From: Tubiluchus corallicola
Lineage: Eukaryota > Animalia > Priapulida
Direction of reading: 5' to 3'
DNA length: 64,000 bases
Assembly (NCBI GenBank): GCA_030141605.1
Contig: JAQGDQ010000002.1
Coordinates: 2,790,001-2,854,000, forward strand
This document shows positions 62,201 to 64,000 of this stretch, one piece after another (positions within the stretch are counted from its first letter, which is position 1; each line of letters begins with the position of its first letter). Under the pieces are notes generated by a model. That model had not been told where the DNA came from and made no database searches. It saw only the letters and a list, made by a program, of their open reading frames with translations. A program made the position numbers and the translations under genes.

Positions 62201-63915
62201 CAAGCCAGGCAACTGAAGAAAACAGTTTGGTCGATCTTCTAGCCCTACCCTTTGCAAGGTATGCAGAATCACAGAAAACAGAAAATTATATAGATGAGTT
62301 AAATTTTTGCTCTGAATCTCCAACTTTTAATAAAGTTTTGCCTATTAGCCATAACAGAGTGTCTCTTTCACACACGTGTCACAGCAATTTGAAAACTAAC
62401 AAGGTGAAATCTGTTAGGGTTGATCTGGAAACAAGATTTGAACCGTCATTTGATAATCGGTTGATGCGTAGCAGCCCACCACTTGAGTTACATAATGCAA
62501 ACCACGACGATGTTTCTGTGCAGCCTGAAATGCTTCAACAAATAAAACTTGCATCACAGGGTAATAATTCTCTGGTATATAGACAGCCAGATCCTGTTAA
62601 ATTGAATACAAGCTCTTCTGACAAAATGAATGGCCCCACCCTCTCGCAACTTGATCTTTCTCAAGCAGTCGCTTATGTAAACCGAACACAGGATTCCTTA
62701 CATTCTTCACGCCTGTTGGTTGGAGCATTGTCTGTGAAAAAAGAATTACATAAGAAGGAAAAGTCAAGCATGAATGTCCAAGAAAAAAAGCAGCATCTGG
62801 CAAAGGTAGCAGAAATTCCTGATGACTTGAACATAGATTTTGATCTTGATTTCGACGATATTTTGGATGAAGAAGCCGGACAGAAATGTTCTGAGTCAAC
62901 CCCTGCACTTCCGTACGTATCTGATAAAGACAAAATTGCTACACCGTTTATAAAATCAGCTTCATTGTGTGACACCAAACAATTTCAGTTAGCTGTAGAA
63001 AATAAGACATCTCTTGGAAATAAAATTGTTGAAACAGTGGATTTTGATTTGGGCGCTGAAGATTTGTTTTGCAATGATAATGTGGAAGGTGACAACATTA
63101 ATAATGATGACGATGAAGATGATGTCATACCTCCATCTCCACTGAAACACATTAGCGAGACAAGATCTGAGGTTTTTTCAGATTCAAAACAGTTGAGATC
63201 TGGTAGCTTAGCGGCATCTGGCAAAAGTGTTCCGCTATTAAAATCTCAGCCTAGTTGGAATATTGTTAATACACCCGTGGCAACAACTGCTGCATCAGAT
63301 ATCATTCTGACTAGCAATCTTCAGAGAAAAAGGTATATGCTACAAATCTCAGTATACGATTTTGTAGGATTTACTTTTTAAAGTATGACTGTTTTTGGCT
63401 TAACTTCAGTTACCTAACAGTTTATTTAATTTTATTAGCTAAATTCAGTTTGCATTGCTATTACTTGCTGATATCTGAAAACTTCTTTATTATTTCCCTC
63501 TGATAATGGCTGATCCATTTAATCTTAAAAATTATTTGTAATAGTTAACTGCTGTGCTACAAAATTTGACTGATATGAAAGTTGCCTTGAAATTTCTTAT
63601 CTGATGAAGTCACTGCCAGATTAGCATAGACAGTAATACGAATAAGTGCTTCTTCAAATTCTTGCACATCAATTTCTGATAATAAAAGACGAAGTGGTTT
63701 GCAGCGTAATTTTTACTTTTAGTACCCATTTAATTTTTAGTGCTTTTGTGAGACGATTTTCTTAAGATTATATGATTTTTCTAAAGCTACATCAACTCAA
63801 GTGCAGCAGATCAGTGCGATATTGCATCAGAAGCACCAAAGTTTTTGTCACCATGTAAACAGGTGCAGATTCCTATGCAACCACTTGGGTCAAGCACACC
63901 CTTGCCGCCTTCAAG
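29213..63915 (+). CDS. FANCM: Fanconi anemia group M DNA translocase/helicase; 5' 16 coding exons, gene continues past the window
   Basis: Exons: 29213-29375, 33380-33718, 34714-34886, 35240-35317, 36501-36659, 37213-37455, 39915-40049, 40632-40740, 41859-42025, 42621-42827, 44312-44546, 58276-58412, 58500-58640, 59988(or 59994)-60099, 60836-63332, 63787-63915; phases are compatible. Motifs: [14 protein letters not shown] (Walker A), [32 protein letters not shown], the MHF-binding region (FLTEEE, LSLSKW, VDHS), then a long disordered exon. Confidence 0.96.
29750..30960 (-). mobile_element. Degenerate L2/CR1-group LINE, 3' portion with internal deletion, in FANCM intron 1
   Basis: Minus-strand remnants: [71 protein letters not shown]; ends in a (TTACA)n tail at about 29750-29765. 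Confidence 0.85.
32369..33088. mobile_element. Old TIR element (hAT-like MITE)
   Basis: Imperfect inverted termini GTGTCACTCCGGATACAC ... GGATATCCGGAGTATCACTG with subterminal GGATA/GAATA repeats. Confidence 0.45.
38153..38560. mobile_element. hAT-like MITE fragment
   Basis: Begins CAGGGGTGGCCAAACTT, a typical hAT terminus; internal inverted repeat GCCCAGTTGTCTTCTTGGT / ACCAAGAAGATGACTGGGC; the right end was not resolved. Confidence 0.4.
44725..45806 (-). pseudogene. FAX/metaxin-like pseudogene (copy C)
   Basis: The exon-2 equivalent 45806-45610 is intact ([13 protein letters not shown]). The exon-4 equivalent 45334-45214 is 121 nt versus 138 nt in copy A (IGRHT lost, frameshift). The exon-5 equivalent 44884-44725 is 160 nt versus 162 nt (frameshift). 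Exons 1 and 3 were not recognisable. Confidence 0.85.
46023..46500 (-). mobile_element. Degenerate repeat-derived nuclease-like ORF remnant
   Basis: [14 protein letters not shown]...GKK resembles the ALxxFHAxTGCDxxSxxxGxGKK (XPG/FEN1 H3TH-like) motif recalled from invertebrate repetitive elements; boundaries are approximate. Confidence 0.45.
47716..50283 (-). CDS. fax: Failed axon connections (FAX/FAXC)-like metaxin/GST-fold protein, copy B, 5 exons, 299 aa
   Basis: Exons 50283-50002, 49780-49584, 49256-49133, 48358-48224, 47877-47716 (900 nt, in frame). Motifs: [57 protein letters not shown]; N-terminal hydrophobic anchor. Confidence 0.92.
50920..51520. repeat. Diverged tandem duplication (about 250 bp x2, 350 bp apart) upstream of FAX copy B
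   Basis: TTTACACCAACCT..GAACTTCCAGAAAATA..AAATTATGAAAGTTAATT..GTAAGGCTTGTTACTT occurs at about 50943-51053 and again at about 51292-51400. Confidence 0.8.
52131..53771 (-). CDS. fax: Failed axon connections (FAX/FAXC)-like metaxin/GST-fold protein, copy A, 5 exons, 305 aa
   Basis: Exons 53771-53490, 53338-53142, 52834-52696, 52595-52458, 52292-52131 (918 nt, in frame); same motifs and intron positions as copy B. Confidence 0.93.
55148..55798 (-). mobile_element. Non-autonomous Helitron-like element
   Basis: On the minus strand: A|TCTATACT... then a TGTGTGTCTG microsatellite-like stretch, ending GAGCAAAGCGAGCGGGTGACAGGCTAG|T. This fits A|TC...CTAG|T termini with no TSD. Confidence 0.7.
56445..58174. 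mobile_element. hAT-like MITE (outer element of a nested pair)
   Basis: Termini CGGTGATGTCGCTGGG ... CCTAGCGACGCCCCTC; subterminal GCACCGG(T/G)T(G/C)ACACC at both ends; 8-bp TSD GTTAAAAT / TTTAAAAT (7 of 8 match). Confidence 0.75.
56606..57904. mobile_element. Tc1/mariner (pogo-like) MITE, 1.3 kb, inserted inside the hAT MITE
   Basis: TIRs GGTAAAATGGGCTAATGTCGGAC ... GTCCGACATTAGCGCATTTTACC, flanked by TA; internal GTCCGAC repeats. Confidence 0.8.
59744..59822. repeat. Tandem duplication, about 38-bp unit x2
   Basis: ATTTGC(G/A)AATGATGTTAAAAACTTTCTT(A/G)AAATTA repeated twice. Confidence 0.8.
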
Positions 63916-64000
63916 GTATGTTAACTATGTTTTCACTGCTAAATTTTCTTTGAAAGTCACAAGATGATATTTATATTTTCTCTGTTAAATTTTCTTGGAA

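Noticed and set aside
60820-63381. 853-aa ORF as a standalone novel gene
   Set aside because: It has an in-phase acceptor (60835) and donor (63333) and is the large disordered FANCM exon.
1-64000. CRISPR arrays, prokaryotic defence or operon systems, rRNA/tRNA
   Set aside because: No regularly spaced repeats or structural RNA signatures were seen; the window is intron-rich animal DNA.

Overview
AT-rich invertebrate (metazoan) genomic DNA with spliceosomal introns; nothing prokaryotic, and no rRNA, tRNA or CRISPR was seen. From left to right: (1) the 3' end of a Tyr/Pro/Asn-rich ORF; (2) a gene for a probably secreted, block-structured Gly/Ser/Tyr/His-rich then Pro-rich protein; (3) a complete 9-exon arginase on the minus strand (25146 to 8167), whose 8.9 kb intron 6 holds an antisense class A peptide GPCR with an intronless CDS; (4) head-to-head with arginase, FANCM on the plus strand (ATG 29213, 16 coding exons traced, running off the window), whose 13.7 kb intron 11 holds an antisense tandem array of FAX/metaxin GST-fold genes (two intact, one frameshifted pseudogene). 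Both host genes need a GC-AG intron to stay in frame. The introns contain MITEs (one nested in another), Helitron-like elements and an L2 LINE relic. Exon boundaries were traced by hand using splice signals and phase continuity, and family calls rest on recalled motifs, not database searches. The most novel-looking items are the block-copolymer structural protein and the doubly nested gene architecture.
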